Source: Bdellovibrionales bacterium (lineage in GTDB: Bacteria > Bdellovibrionota > Bdellovibrionia > Bdellovibrionales > UBA1609). From it: a stretch of DNA of 64,000 nt. Of this stretch, positions 10,768 to 20,376 are shown piece by piece; the stretch's first letter is position 1, and each line of letters starts with the position of its first letter. Under the pieces are notes generated by a model, which worked only from the letters and a program-made list of their open reading frames with translations, was not told the origin of the DNA and did no database searches. The DNA lies in assembly GCA_965199825.1 (NCBI GenBank), contig OZ241329.1:2464001-2528000 (forward strand), given 5' to 3'. The position numbers and the translations under genes are program-made.

Positions 10768-11604
10768 ATGTTGAACTTAAAAATCCTTAATCTCATTTTA
10801 ATTATTTGTTGCTCAGCCTCTCCATTTGCTGGCCCGACCAAAATCAAACAGGGAGAAATTTACGCTTACAAGTTTTTCCGCCAAGCGGCTAGGAATCTTA
10901 AAAATTTGGACGATGGACAAAACACATTGTTTATTTCGATTGGCGCCTCCCCTCTTTCAATTGCCGCAGCAGTAGAGGCAGCTTCTTTGTCTGAACAAGT
11001 TATTCGCATACCTCTTTCTGAGGTTTGGGATGCAAGCCGATCTGCAAAAATTGAATCCATCAATGGTGACCGGGAGCGATGGCTCATGGCCTATTTTGAT
11101 TATTTTTTGAATTCTGCTTTAAAACTGCGACCGACCCGGATCTTGATTTTCGATTACGCTCAAACCGGCGGAACAATCCCTCTGATTAAAGATTATTTTC
11201 AACATTACTTTAACAAATCGGGAATCAATTCTGATTCAATAAAAGTTGCAGGATTTTGTGGAGAAGGCGTTCCCTATGATGAATTTGTTGAACGCTGGAC
11301 CACAGAAAAGATCGGGAGGATAGAAATTCCATTGGTGTTAAACTCCTTGTTGTCTTCAAGACACTTCTCACGGTGTCGCACTCATCTCAGATTTCCACTA
11401 TTTGACTGGTTCAAATGGTCAGCCCAACACCAAAATTTAAATGAAGCGGAATACCGTAATGAACTCGCTTTAAAAATTAAGTCTCAAGAATTAAAAAATG
11501 GTTACGCAGAACTGGTGGAACAAATTAAAACTCGAGCTGACCCTTGTGTGCGTCAGCTCAACGTCACTCACACAAATGCAGAAGATATTATTTTTGATTT
11601 TTGA
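10768..11604 (+). CDS. Exported protein with a phosphoribosyltransferase-like loop
   Basis: Signal peptide; ILIFDYAQTGGTI resembles the PRPP-binding motif; CVRQL near the C-terminus. Confidence 0.55.
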   Translation: MLNLKILNLILIICCSASPFAGPTKIKQGEIYAYKFFRQAARNLKNLDDGQNTLFISIGASPLSIAAAVEAASLSEQVIRIPLSEVWDASRSAKIESINGDRERWLMAYFDYFLNSALKLRPTRILIFDYAQTGGTIPLIKDYFQHYFNKSGINSDSIKVAGFCGEGVPYDEFVERWTTEKIGRIEIPLVLNSLLSSRHFSRCRTHLRFPLFDWFKWSAQHQNLNEAEYRNELALKIKSQELKNGYAELVEQIKTRADPCVRQLNVTHTNAEDIIFDF

Positions 11605-11705
11605 CCTAAGACTAACTTGATACTTGGTAGACTATCTTCATGTCCATATCCAGTTAAAAACAATATTATTTGTTTATCTTATAAATTTGCAGTAATGGCT
11701 TTATC

Positions 11706-12437
11706 ATGAAAATTCTATTGGTATTTTTTGTGTTTCCAGCTTTCGCCCAAAATGAGTATTGTCTCTCACTTTTGCAGAATCCAGATGGTTATTATCATAT
11801 TCAAGATAATTTTATGACCCAGGTGGGAGCGGATGAAGCAAAAGAAAAATTTGGAAAACTATCGCCAGCAACTCTTCGTAGAATCGAAAGCTATGTCGAT
11901 ATTTTTGGTAAAAACCCACATCTACTTTCGAGCATCAAACGAGGTCTTTCTACGTTTCCTTCATTGAGCAAAAGCAATTCGAGATTCGCAATCCATATGT
12001 TGTCTCTGAAAAGTCAATGGCCAATGTCATCCGCAATCGTGGTAGGAGATTTAGCATTGCTCTATTATTTGTACAGCTTGCCTCCTAACAACGATTTTTT
12101 TATTTTGTTGTCCACATACCCTGTTGCCTTCGTCAATATTACCTACGCGGGAATGTCCGTGGGAAATTATCGTATGAACTCCAAATCAATCAACCGGCTC
12201 TGGCCGATATTTGAATTTGTAAATGATCATCAACATGAATTTGAAGCCTTCGACATTCAAATTCCAAGATTGCCATTTGCAGAAAATTTGTGGCGCTCAA
12301 AAAGCCCATTTGAGCGATTGCGAAGCCGGCGAATATTTATCTCTCAGGTTAGAAATCACAATCCAGAATTACTTCAGCTAATTCAGGAAATTGCTTTTCT
12401 TGATATTGCTGCGGCAATTGCTACCCCGACTGATTAA
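11706..12437 (+). CDS. Exported/membrane hypothetical protein (intact paralog of the 6486 pseudogene)
   Basis: Signal peptide AFA, then CLSLL; central hydrophobic segments. Confidence 0.75.
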   Translation: MKILLVFFVFPAFAQNEYCLSLLQNPDGYYHIQDNFMTQVGADEAKEKFGKLSPATLRRIESYVDIFGKNPHLLSSIKRGLSTFPSLSKSNSRFAIHMLSLKSQWPMSSAIVVGDLALLYYLYSLPPNNDFFILLSTYPVAFVNITYAGMSVGNYRMNSKSINRLWPIFEFVNDHQHEFEAFDIQIPRLPFAENLWRSKSPFERLRSRRIFISQVRNHNPELLQLIQEIAFLDIAAAIATPTD

Positions 12438-12621
12438 AATGGCAGAGCCTTATAGTAAATCGCAGATCAAAACCGGACCGTTCGTTCAGGCTGTAGATAT
12501 AAGGAACTGACTTGAATTTTTCGATTTGCAGCTTAGACGAAACAATCGGTTACCAAAATAAAAAAATACTTTTCGATTTCAATCCAGTGAGTACAATTAA
12601 AAGCAATTCTGGAGACTCAAC

Positions 12622-12957
12622 ATGAAATCGTTTTACACAATTGCTCTGTTAATTGCTTCGAACTGCTTTATGACAATGGCGTGGTATGGACATCTCAAAT
12701 TTAAATCGGCGCCCCTTTGGCTTGTCATTTTGCTCAGTTGGGGTTTGGCCTTATTTGAATATGTTTTGCAAGTGCCGGCAAACCGGATGGGCTCTGATAT
12801 TTTTTCGACCTTTCAACTTAAAATTTTGCAAGAGGCTATTACCCTTGTGGTCTTTGTTTTGTTTGTCGCAATTTATTTTGGTGAGGGTTTAAATCTTCGC
12901 TACGGCATTTCGTTTGGTCTCATATTTGCTGCTGTGGCGGTCGCTTTTTATAAGTAA
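12622..12957 (+). CDS. DMT family protein (DMT_6-like)
   Basis: SNCFMTMAWYGHLK, SWGLALFEYVLQVPANR.G, QLKILQE signature; GGAG RBS. Confidence 0.9.
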   Translation: MKSFYTIALLIASNCFMTMAWYGHLKFKSAPLWLVILLSWGLALFEYVLQVPANRMGSDIFSTFQLKILQEAITLVVFVLFVAIYFGEGLNLRYGISFGLIFAAVAVAFYK

Positions 12958-13004
12958 ATCACTCTGCAGTTGCGAAAATAAAATACTCAGTGATATTTCG
13001 AACT

Positions 13005-13802
13005 ATGTTCAAAATCATTTTTTTTATAATTTTAAAGGCGCAAGCCCTTGAACTGAGCCCCAGTGACATCAATGCCTTTTTTCAGATTGGACGTAGTCCA
13101 AATTTAGCTGAACTTTATCAAACAGCAGCGCGAACTTTTCCGGAATTAAAAATTGTGGTTTTGGGAGAACACCCTCAATGGTGGGATCGTCAAATCAGCA
13201 AAAAAGATTATGAGAATTTTAAAACCAGTTCTGACCTTATTATCAATTATCTACCTGCCTTTTCAAATGATTCGCCCATGACTCTTCGTGAGCATCCACG
13301 AATAGTCATCTCGTCTGCTGCCGACAGGGCCGATGCCCTTTTTTTGATTCTCAACTATCTGGTTGATCGCAATCGATCAGCTCGCGTTCCGGATCATAGA
13401 GCAATTTCATACTTTGATTTTTTAAGGGAGCAATTCGCAGATAAAATCGCGGCCGAACCTGATTACAAAAACAAATTTATGGTTTGGACCGAAGAGGTTT
13501 TTACCGCTGCGGATCTCACTCTCTTGAGTAAAGCCGAAATCAGTCTTTTTTTGATAGAAAATCGAGACGTCTTAAAGCTTTCGTTAGCCGAAATATTAGT
13601 CCAAAAGGCGGTGGCCAAAGATTATGTCAGAAAGTTTCAAGAGAGAATCATCAAACATTTTGATTCTCTAGATAAACGATATATTCCAAGCCCTGTTTAT
13701 CTGATGTACTTTAAACAGTGGATTAAAATATCAAGGCTCGATAAACAGATAAAAAAGATCGATCGGGCCAACGCCTGTTCAATTTATCTCAAAGACTTAT
13801 GA
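13005..13802 (+). CDS. Exported paralog of 8856..9674 lacking HExxH
   Basis: Colinear similarity (GEHPQWWDR vs GENPIWRDK; YLVDR; ISY); ends CSIYLKDL; probable ATG start 13005. Confidence 0.7.
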   Translation: MFKIIFFIILKAQALELSPSDINAFFQIGRSPNLAELYQTAARTFPELKIVVLGEHPQWWDRQISKKDYENFKTSSDLIINYLPAFSNDSPMTLREHPRIVISSAADRADALFLILNYLVDRNRSARVPDHRAISYFDFLREQFADKIAAEPDYKNKFMVWTEEVFTAADLTLLSKAEISLFLIENRDVLKLSLAEILVQKAVAKDYVRKFQERIIKHFDSLDKRYIPSPVYLMYFKQWIKISRLDKQIKKIDRANACSIYLKDL

Positions 13803-14455
13803 ATATAACTCAATATCGCCAACACAAACTAGAACTCTTAAAGCTAGAGCCGCGCTTTCGTCAAATTTGTGGGCGGTGCCGCCAGCCCGATTTTAGTTGT
13901 TTTTGCGAGTGGGTAAAGCCCTTTGAATCTGATATCGAATTTATTATTTTGATCCATCCGATTGAGTATCGTCGGCGGATTGCTACAGGGCGTTTGTCGC
14001 ATATGATTTTAAAAAATTCGCGGCTGATCATGGGTGAGGTGTTTGGCTTTAACAGCGAAGTCAGTGATTTGATCCGAAAAAAGCCCGAGGACTGCTTGTT
14101 GCTTTATCCGGGACGGCAATCCCTCAACCTAACAGATTATAGCTTTGAAGAGCGCAACAAGATGTTACCCCACAATAAAAAGATTTTTGTGATCGACGGC
14201 ACCTGGGGGACCGCAAAAAAAATGGTCAATCAAAGTCCTGAGCTTTCAAAACTCAAACGGATTTGTTTTACACCGCCAACACCTTCAAACTTCCAAGTGC
14301 GCAAACAGCCCCGTCCCAATTGCTACTCGACCATTGAGGCGATCCACCACACCCTTGAGCTCTTAGCCCCAGAACAAGATCAATCGCATCACAATCTGAG
14401 AGAGGCCTTTGAAAATATGGTGCGGCGACAACTGGACCTTAAGTACAAGGCTTAG
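13799..14455 (+). CDS. DTW-domain tRNA-uridine aminocarboxypropyltransferase (TapT-like)
   Basis: CxxC...CxC N-terminus, HP.E, LLYPG, IDGTW, STIEA. Confidence 0.88.
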   Translation: MNITQYRQHKLELLKLEPRFRQICGRCRQPDFSCFCEWVKPFESDIEFIILIHPIEYRRRIATGRLSHMILKNSRLIMGEVFGFNSEVSDLIRKKPEDCLLLYPGRQSLNLTDYSFEERNKMLPHNKKIFVIDGTWGTAKKMVNQSPELSKLKRICFTPPTPSNFQVRKQPRPNCYSTIEAIHHTLELLAPEQDQSHHNLREAFENMVRRQLDLKYKA

Positions 14456-14697
14456 TTTTTGTTCTTTGCTTTTTGTACGCAAGATTCGATCAATTGCTTT
14501 CTGGTTTCGACAAACAACTGTGATTTACTTTTATTATTTATGATTTTGGTTTGGGCTGCCGCATTGATCATTTCGGGAGTGATTTCGCTATTGCACTTTT
14601 GCTCAGCCTTGACCGGATCAAATTGAGGTTCGCTTGAATTTCCAAAAGGTAATGCGACTGCAGTTGTCGCCACCAAAAAAACCAGTGTTCTAATCAT
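14452..14697 (-). CDS. Small exported protein with two Cys
   Basis: GGAGGG RBS, signal peptide. Confidence 0.65.
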   Translation of the reverse strand: MIRTLVFLVATTAVALPFGNSSEPQFDPVKAEQKCNSEITPEMINAAAQTKIINNKSKSQLFVETRKQLIESCVQKAKNKN

Positions 14698-14821
14698 ACA
14701 CCCTCCTTAGACTTTTGATGGTAAACGACGTTGATGAACGAAGGTATCGCTGATTCAGATGCGCGTTAGACCTATCGAACTTCTCACTCCAAAGAGTAGG
14801 CTTTAACAAAGAGGGATATCT

Positions 14822-17041
14822 ATGCTGATCAGCTCGTTACTTTTGCTTCTCACTTTCGCAAACGCCGAACTTAAAGATCAAAAAGGCCCAAGCCCAAAAC
14901 CTGGACAAGAAAACTTTGAATATGTTTTTGGCCGCCCTGTTCGTGAAGACGAAATGACCTACAATAAATATCGAAAACTTCATATGGATCGCACCGCAAA
15001 AAAATTAGGCGTCTCGCCTGAGGTCATCGGTGACGGAATGGATACGTGGCATTGGTGGGTAGGAGTGGACAACCCAGGATTTTGGACCGATCTCGCACAA
15101 CTCTCCCAAAGCTCACACAATTTCACAAATCTTCGGATCGACCTTTTAAGACTTTTAATGGTTGTTCCGCGCAGCGAGCGATTTTCAAAACTAGGAATCA
15201 TTAATGACCCTGATACGGTTGCTGCAGATAAACCAGATCAGTTTGGTTTAAAACTCGATCGTATGAAGGATGGAACTCTTCAGTGGGATCCTGAAAAGTT
15301 TGGCTATTCCAGTGGCGTCATTGGAGTGCAACTCTTTAAGAATGAAAAATTTGATCCCAAAAATTGGTCGGCCGAAGAATATATTAATGGCGGCAAAAAA
15401 ATGGAAGCCCCTTACAAAGTGGGTATGGCCTGCGTGTTTTGCCATGTGAGCTTTAACCCACTCAATCCCCCAGTTAATTTGAGCGAACCCAAATGGGAAA
15501 ATATCACATCGACCTTTGGTAATCAGTATCTGCGCGAGGGACTCGCCTTTGGATTCAATCAACCCGATAATTCAATTGTCTCTCACTACTTAAGAACTCA
15601 AGAACCAGGCACCAGTGAGACTTCGCGCTTTCCCACCGACTCAATCAATAATCCCACAAACATCAATGCAATCCTTCGTTTGGGTGATCGCTTAAAAGTT
15701 GCCCATGTGGAAAAAATCACCAAAGCTCAAGCGGCACTGATCAAATCAATGTATAAAAATGCGGGCCTTCCTTTAGATTCGGTAGCGGGTGTACTTGGCG
15801 GTACCGATGAAAATCCAACCCTCAAAGTCCCCCATGTTTTAACCGACGGCGCAGATTCAATGGGTCTTTTGATGGCTTCGGTCAGGGTCTATGTGAACGA
15901 AGGTATGATGCACGCCGATTGGTATTCGACCTGGCCAGTGAATCTGTTTGATCTAAAATCAAGTTTGCGTCGTGGGTTTAAACCGCAAGAATTTGATATC
16001 ATGAATAAAGAAAGAAAAGATCCCAACAGCCCCTGGATGCAGACCGAACGCCGAATGCCCAACATGGCGACCTTTTTAATGTCTTATGATTCGTTCCCGC
16101 TCAAAGATGCGCCCGGCGGATTATCTTACCTAAAAAGTGATGAGCATATTTTGGGCGAAGGAAAGCGAGTGTTTGCCGACAACTGTGCAAGTTGCCACTC
16201 AAGTAAAACACCGCATTCAAATCACCCTGATCAAAAGCGGGCTTGGCGCGAGTTGGTCAATCAACCCGATTTTTTACGAGATAATTATTTATCCGATGAT
16301 GCTCGTCACTCAGTAGAAGAGATCGGGACAAATGTTCAGCGCGCCATGGGATCAAACGCGATGGCGGGATCCACATGGGGTCAGATGTCGAGTCAAACCT
16401 ACAAGGAAGAACGTACGCCGATGATCACCCTCAAAAATTTGTATAACCCTCTGACCGAAAAGTTTGATTTGCAGTATAAGGGACACCAAGCTTTTTATCG
16501 CACTCCGACCTTGGTGAGCATATGGGCCTCGGCTCCTTATTTTCATAATAACTCGTTAGGAAAATACACCGGCGATCCTTCCGTGAAAGGACGAATGGAG
16601 GCTTATCAAGATGCGGCTGAAAAATTGTTGTGGCCCGAAAAACGCGAAGGCATACGCTCAGTCAAACGCACAACCCAAAAAACCAGTCTCCCCGATATTT
16701 TTCCCGGATTGAAAGAGCATTTAAGATCTTTTGATGCCATGACTCTCGAAATCTTTGAATTGCCCGCGGGCACTCCAGTCAATCTGTTGATGAATTTTAA
16801 TCCAAAACATGTGGGTTCTGTTTTAGAGGCTTATGTCAAAGGTGTGGTGGGTGGAAAATCAAAGAGCGAATTTAAAAGCCTAATTAATCGACGTCGAGAA
16901 GCCGGTATCGAAGCCGCTAAGAATAAACTCTTAGAACTCAACACATGTCCCGATTTTATCGAAGACAAAGGTCACACCTTTGGATCCGATCTCAGTGATA
17001 AAGAGAAATTTGCACTCATTGAATATATGAAACACTTTTAG
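14822..17041 (+). CDS. Exported di-haem c-type cytochrome, RoxA/MauG/cytochrome c peroxidase superfamily
   Basis: Signal peptide; CVFCH and CASCH haem sites; YRTPTLVSIWASAPYFHNNS (MauG-type motif); C-terminal GHTFG..LSD.EK.ALIEY. Confidence 0.85.
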   Translation: MLISSLLLLLTFANAELKDQKGPSPKPGQENFEYVFGRPVREDEMTYNKYRKLHMDRTAKKLGVSPEVIGDGMDTWHWWVGVDNPGFWTDLAQLSQSSHNFTNLRIDLLRLLMVVPRSERFSKLGIINDPDTVAADKPDQFGLKLDRMKDGTLQWDPEKFGYSSGVIGVQLFKNEKFDPKNWSAEEYINGGKKMEAPYKVGMACVFCHVSFNPLNPPVNLSEPKWENITSTFGNQYLREGLAFGFNQPDNSIVSHYLRTQEPGTSETSRFPTDSINNPTNINAILRLGDRLKVAHVEKITKAQAALIKSMYKNAGLPLDSVAGVLGGTDENPTLKVPHVLTDGADSMGLLMASVRVYVNEGMMHADWYSTWPVNLFDLKSSLRRGFKPQEFDIMNKERKDPNSPWMQTERRMPNMATFLMSYDSFPLKDAPGGLSYLKSDEHILGEGKRVFADNCASCHSSKTPHSNHPDQKRAWRELVNQPDFLRDNYLSDDARHSVEEIGTNVQRAMGSNAMAGSTWGQMSSQTYKEERTPMITLKNLYNPLTEKFDLQYKGHQAFYRTPTLVSIWASAPYFHNNSLGKYTGDPSVKGRMEAYQDAAEKLLWPEKREGIRSVKRTTQKTSLPDIFPGLKEHLRSFDAMTLEIFELPAGTPVNLLMNFNPKHVGSVLEAYVKGVVGGKSKSEFKSLINRRREAGIEAAKNKLLELNTCPDFIEDKGHTFGSDLSDKEKFALIEYMKHF

Positions 17042-17051
17042 GAGAACTCAA

Positions 17052-17348
17052 ATGATTTGGCTTTTGTTCATCACATCTCTTTATGCAGAAACACATAAGA
17101 TAAACATGAAGAGTTTAAGTTTTGATCCAAATAAAATAGAACTTAAAATCGGCGATGCGGTTGAGTGGATCAATCAATCCTTTACCGAACATTCTGCAAC
17201 AAGCGCTGATAAAAAATTTGATACTGGATTAATCAAGCCTAAAAAATCATCGCAAAAGATTTCATTCCGTGAGCCCGGCACCTATGTTTACCAATGTGCA
17301 GTTCATGGCAAAACAATGAGCGGAGAGATTACGGTTAGCGCCCGATGA
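17052..17348 (+). CDS. Plastocyanin/amicyanin-like type-1 copper protein (cupredoxin)
   Basis: Signal peptide; FDP..I.LKIGD.VEW.N, His (EHSA), C-x2-H-x3-M (YQCAVHGKTMSG). Confidence 0.9.
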   Translation: MIWLLFITSLYAETHKINMKSLSFDPNKIELKIGDAVEWINQSFTEHSATSADKKFDTGLIKPKKSSQKISFREPGTYVYQCAVHGKTMSGEITVSAR

Positions 17349-18703
17349 ATGAGATTTATAACAAACTCAAAAACGGATTAAATAATAATGAGCGCGGCTA
17401 CGAGTGGCGCGTCGATCAGCTCCAAAAACTTAAAATTTTGCTCACCGACAATGATCAACAGCTCTGCGAAGCTTTATGGAAAGATTTAAAAAAAAGCACT
17501 TTCGAATGCCAGGCCACCGAACAAGGTGTGGTGCTTGGAGAAATTGACGATTGCTTAAAGCATTTAAAAAAATGGATGAGGCCCCAAAAAGTCTCAACTC
17601 CACTCTATAATTTACCCGGATGGACCCACATCTCCTATGAGCCCTATGGGTTAGCTCTGATTATCGGAGCTTGGAATTATCCCATCAACCTGACACTTGC
17701 ACCTCTTGTGGGCGCAATTGCCGGCGGCAACGGTGCGATCATTAAGCCCTCAGAAATTTCGCAAAATACCGCCAAACTTTTAAGTGAACTGTTGCCCAGA
17801 TATCTCGATCCAGATTTATTTGCGGTGATCGAAGGTGGCGCTAAAGAAACCGATCAGCTTCTTGATTTTCAGTTCGACACCATTTTTTTTACCGGAAGTG
17901 GGCCGGTTGGAAAATTAATTTTGCAAAAGGCTGCGGTTCATCTCACACCAACCACACTTGAGCTTGGCGGAAAATCTCCTGCAATTGTTTTAGAGGATGC
18001 CGATCTCGAGGTCACCGCACGGAGACTCACCTGGGGAAAATTTTTAAATGCGGGCCAAACTTGCGTTGCTCCTGATTATATTCTTTGTCACAAAAGTATA
18101 AAATCGAAACTGATCGATCACCTGCGTGCGACCATCACCTCTTTTTATGGAACTGATGCAGCACTCAGTCCTGATTACTGCCGCATTATTAACCCTAAAA
18201 ATTTTGATCGACTAAAAAATCTTTCAGATGGAAACCGAATTCTTTTTGGCGGTGATTTTCGAAAACAGGATCTGTATATCTCACCGACTCTGATTGAGGG
18301 AAAGCTCGACTCTGCTCTTATGGCTGAGGAAATTTTTGGGCCACTGCTACCGATCATAGAATTCGAAAATTTAAACGAAGCTATCCAAATTATAAACTCG
18401 AAACCAAAACCGCTCAGTCTTTATCTCTTTACCAAAATGACAGATGCGATCAAAAATGTTGAGGCCAAAACTTCATCAGGCGCACTTGTGATCAATGATG
18501 TGGTGGTTCATATGCCAATGCCGAGTTTGCCATTTGGCGGAGTGGGAGCAAGCGGCATGGGTCATTATCACGGCGAATACAGTTTTAAAACATTCACCCA
18601 CGCAAAAGGGGTTTTGAGAAAATCCTATTGGTTTGATGTGCCCTTAAGATATCCTCCATATACAAAAAATAAAGCTCGAATCCTCAATTGGCTGTTTCGA
18701 TAA
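17345..18703 (+). CDS. Aldehyde dehydrogenase, ALDH3 / fatty or coniferyl aldehyde type
   Basis: AWNYP, FTGS, LELGGKSP, NAGQTCVAPDY, EEIFGP, PFGGVG.SGMG.YHG, RYPPY. Confidence 0.95.
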   Translation: MNEIYNKLKNGLNNNERGYEWRVDQLQKLKILLTDNDQQLCEALWKDLKKSTFECQATEQGVVLGEIDDCLKHLKKWMRPQKVSTPLYNLPGWTHISYEPYGLALIIGAWNYPINLTLAPLVGAIAGGNGAIIKPSEISQNTAKLLSELLPRYLDPDLFAVIEGGAKETDQLLDFQFDTIFFTGSGPVGKLILQKAAVHLTPTTLELGGKSPAIVLEDADLEVTARRLTWGKFLNAGQTCVAPDYILCHKSIKSKLIDHLRATITSFYGTDAALSPDYCRIINPKNFDRLKNLSDGNRILFGGDFRKQDLYISPTLIEGKLDSALMAEEIFGPLLPIIEFENLNEAIQIINSKPKPLSLYLFTKMTDAIKNVEAKTSSGALVINDVVVHMPMPSLPFGGVGASGMGHYHGEYSFKTFTHAKGVLRKSYWFDVPLRYPPYTKNKARILNWLFR

Positions 18704-19731
18704 TGAAAGAAAAATCTCACTTTGCACTTGTTCTTCCAGGTGCGGTTGCTCGAGGTGCTTACGAAGCGGGAGTGATCGAAGTTTTGAGCGAGCAAAAAAT
18801 CCAGATCGACCGCATTGTGGCTACAAGTTCAGGTGCTTTGAATGGATTGAGCTATGCGGTTGGTATTCGCAGCGGCCGCGAAACCAAAATGGCAAAAAAA
18901 TTGATCGACTCGTGGATCGCCAAAGGTGGATGGCACGAGTCGCTCAATATCAGTTTTTGGAGCCTTCTTCGGGGTAAAGGCCTATCAAATAAAGATAGTT
19001 TAATTAAGCTGATGCGCGAAATGATTCAACCTTGCACTTCGCAAAATAAAAAAGATGTTGAGCTCCGAATAATTGTGACTCCCCTAAACGGAGTGACTTC
19101 AAAAATCGGCAAAAATTCGGCGACCACCTTTGAACATGTGATCAGTTTTACAGGCGAGCAATTTGACACCCAAAAAGGTTTGGACGAGGTTTTCGAGGTG
19201 GTCGGTGCGGCCTGTGCATTTCCGGGATTATTTAGCCCGGTGGAGTTGCCAGGGCTTGGAGCTTGCGTTGATGGCGGTGCGGTGAACAACGCCCCCATCA
19301 AGTATGCACTCGAAGAATCAGGGGTCAATCGTGTGATGATGCCCGTGCCCTTTCCAGCAATGATGCCGCCAGGGGAATTTAAAAGTGGATTTGGTTTGCT
19401 CAATCATCTGATCGAAATATTGATTAATGAGCGTTTGTTTCGTGATCTACAAAACGCCCAGAGTGTGAACAAAGAGGCCGATCGACTTAAAACTTTGGTG
19501 GCTCAAGGAAAATTGAGCCAAGACCAACTCGAAATCATCCAAAATGAATTGTCGATTCGAAATGTTGAAATCACCGAGATCCGCCCGCAGACCGCCCAAA
19601 AGAGTAGTGCATTTTCAGGATTTTTTAATAAAGGTGATCGTGTGCAATTAGTGAAAGAAGGTCAAGAGGCCGCCCGCTTGGCACTTCAAAAAATTCCTGC
19701 GCACAATCCAAAAGGCAAACAGACAACTTAA
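18703..19731 (+). CDS. Patatin-like phospholipase
   Basis: LVLPGAVARGAYEAG, ATSSG nucleophile elbow, FPGLF, DGG; TAATG overlap with the ALDH gene. Confidence 0.88.
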   Translation: MKEKSHFALVLPGAVARGAYEAGVIEVLSEQKIQIDRIVATSSGALNGLSYAVGIRSGRETKMAKKLIDSWIAKGGWHESLNISFWSLLRGKGLSNKDSLIKLMREMIQPCTSQNKKDVELRIIVTPLNGVTSKIGKNSATTFEHVISFTGEQFDTQKGLDEVFEVVGAACAFPGLFSPVELPGLGACVDGGAVNNAPIKYALEESGVNRVMMPVPFPAMMPPGEFKSGFGLLNHLIEILINERLFRDLQNAQSVNKEADRLKTLVAQGKLSQDQLEIIQNELSIRNVEITEIRPQTAQKSSAFSGFFNKGDRVQLVKEGQEAARLALQKIPAHNPKGKQTT

Positions 19732-20279
19732 AAGCGACCGATCTTTATCAGCCCAGCAGACAGATCAATCGAGGGTCCCAGAGAGAAAGTGATCCCTTCA
19801 AGACGCAACTTTTCTTCAGGGTCATAATCTCTAAGACCATTGCCGTTTGAACGTGCGTAATGCCCATAATTAGGCCCCATAAAAACCGAAAATCCGTATT
19901 GAGTGCCTTTGTAAACGCCGCTAATTTCGGAAGATTTTTTTGAATGAAGAACAGCAGCAAAAATATTAACCGAAGCCCCTATGGTGCTGCCTGGAAAAAG
20001 CGGAAGTCCCTCGGACCAAAAATAATATTTATTTCCTTCTTTATCGATGCATCCAGCAACAGAGTTGGTAATCACAAAAACATCAATATCACCACTGATA
20101 CAATAAATGACCGCAGTCGAGCGACTGCTGTAATCAAAGTGCCGCGAGACTTTATCGACAGTCTTTTCGAGCAAAGTCATCTGTTGAGCATTGGGTAATT
20201 TTCGATACATTTCCATGAATTCGTCGTAAGGACCCGCAAAAGCACTCGAACATATAAATAAAAATACAATAATACGCAT
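19728..20279 (-). CDS. Exported hypothetical protein
   Basis: Signal peptide AFA; Gly-rich beta-strand pattern. Confidence 0.7.
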   Translation of the reverse strand: MRIIVFLFICSSAFAGPYDEFMEMYRKLPNAQQMTLLEKTVDKVSRHFDYSSRSTAVIYCISGDIDVFVITNSVAGCIDKEGNKYYFWSEGLPLFPGSTIGASVNIFAAVLHSKKSSEISGVYKGTQYGFSVFMGPNYGHYARSNGNGLRDYDPEEKLRLEGITFSLGPSIDLSAGLIKIGRF

Positions 20280-20292
20280 AGCTAGATCTTAG

Positions 20293-20308
20293 AGCAGGTT
20301 TTGTGCCA
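20293..20308 (-). promoter_or_regulatory. Putative sigma54 promoter
   Basis: Minus strand TGGCACAAAACCTGCT, about 14 nt upstream of ATG 20279. Confidence 0.6.
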
Positions 20309-20376
20309 CATTTCAATAGATCAAATCTGCCTTGATCATTGAGGCAAACTTCTTACAATAGAGATTGGAGGAATTT

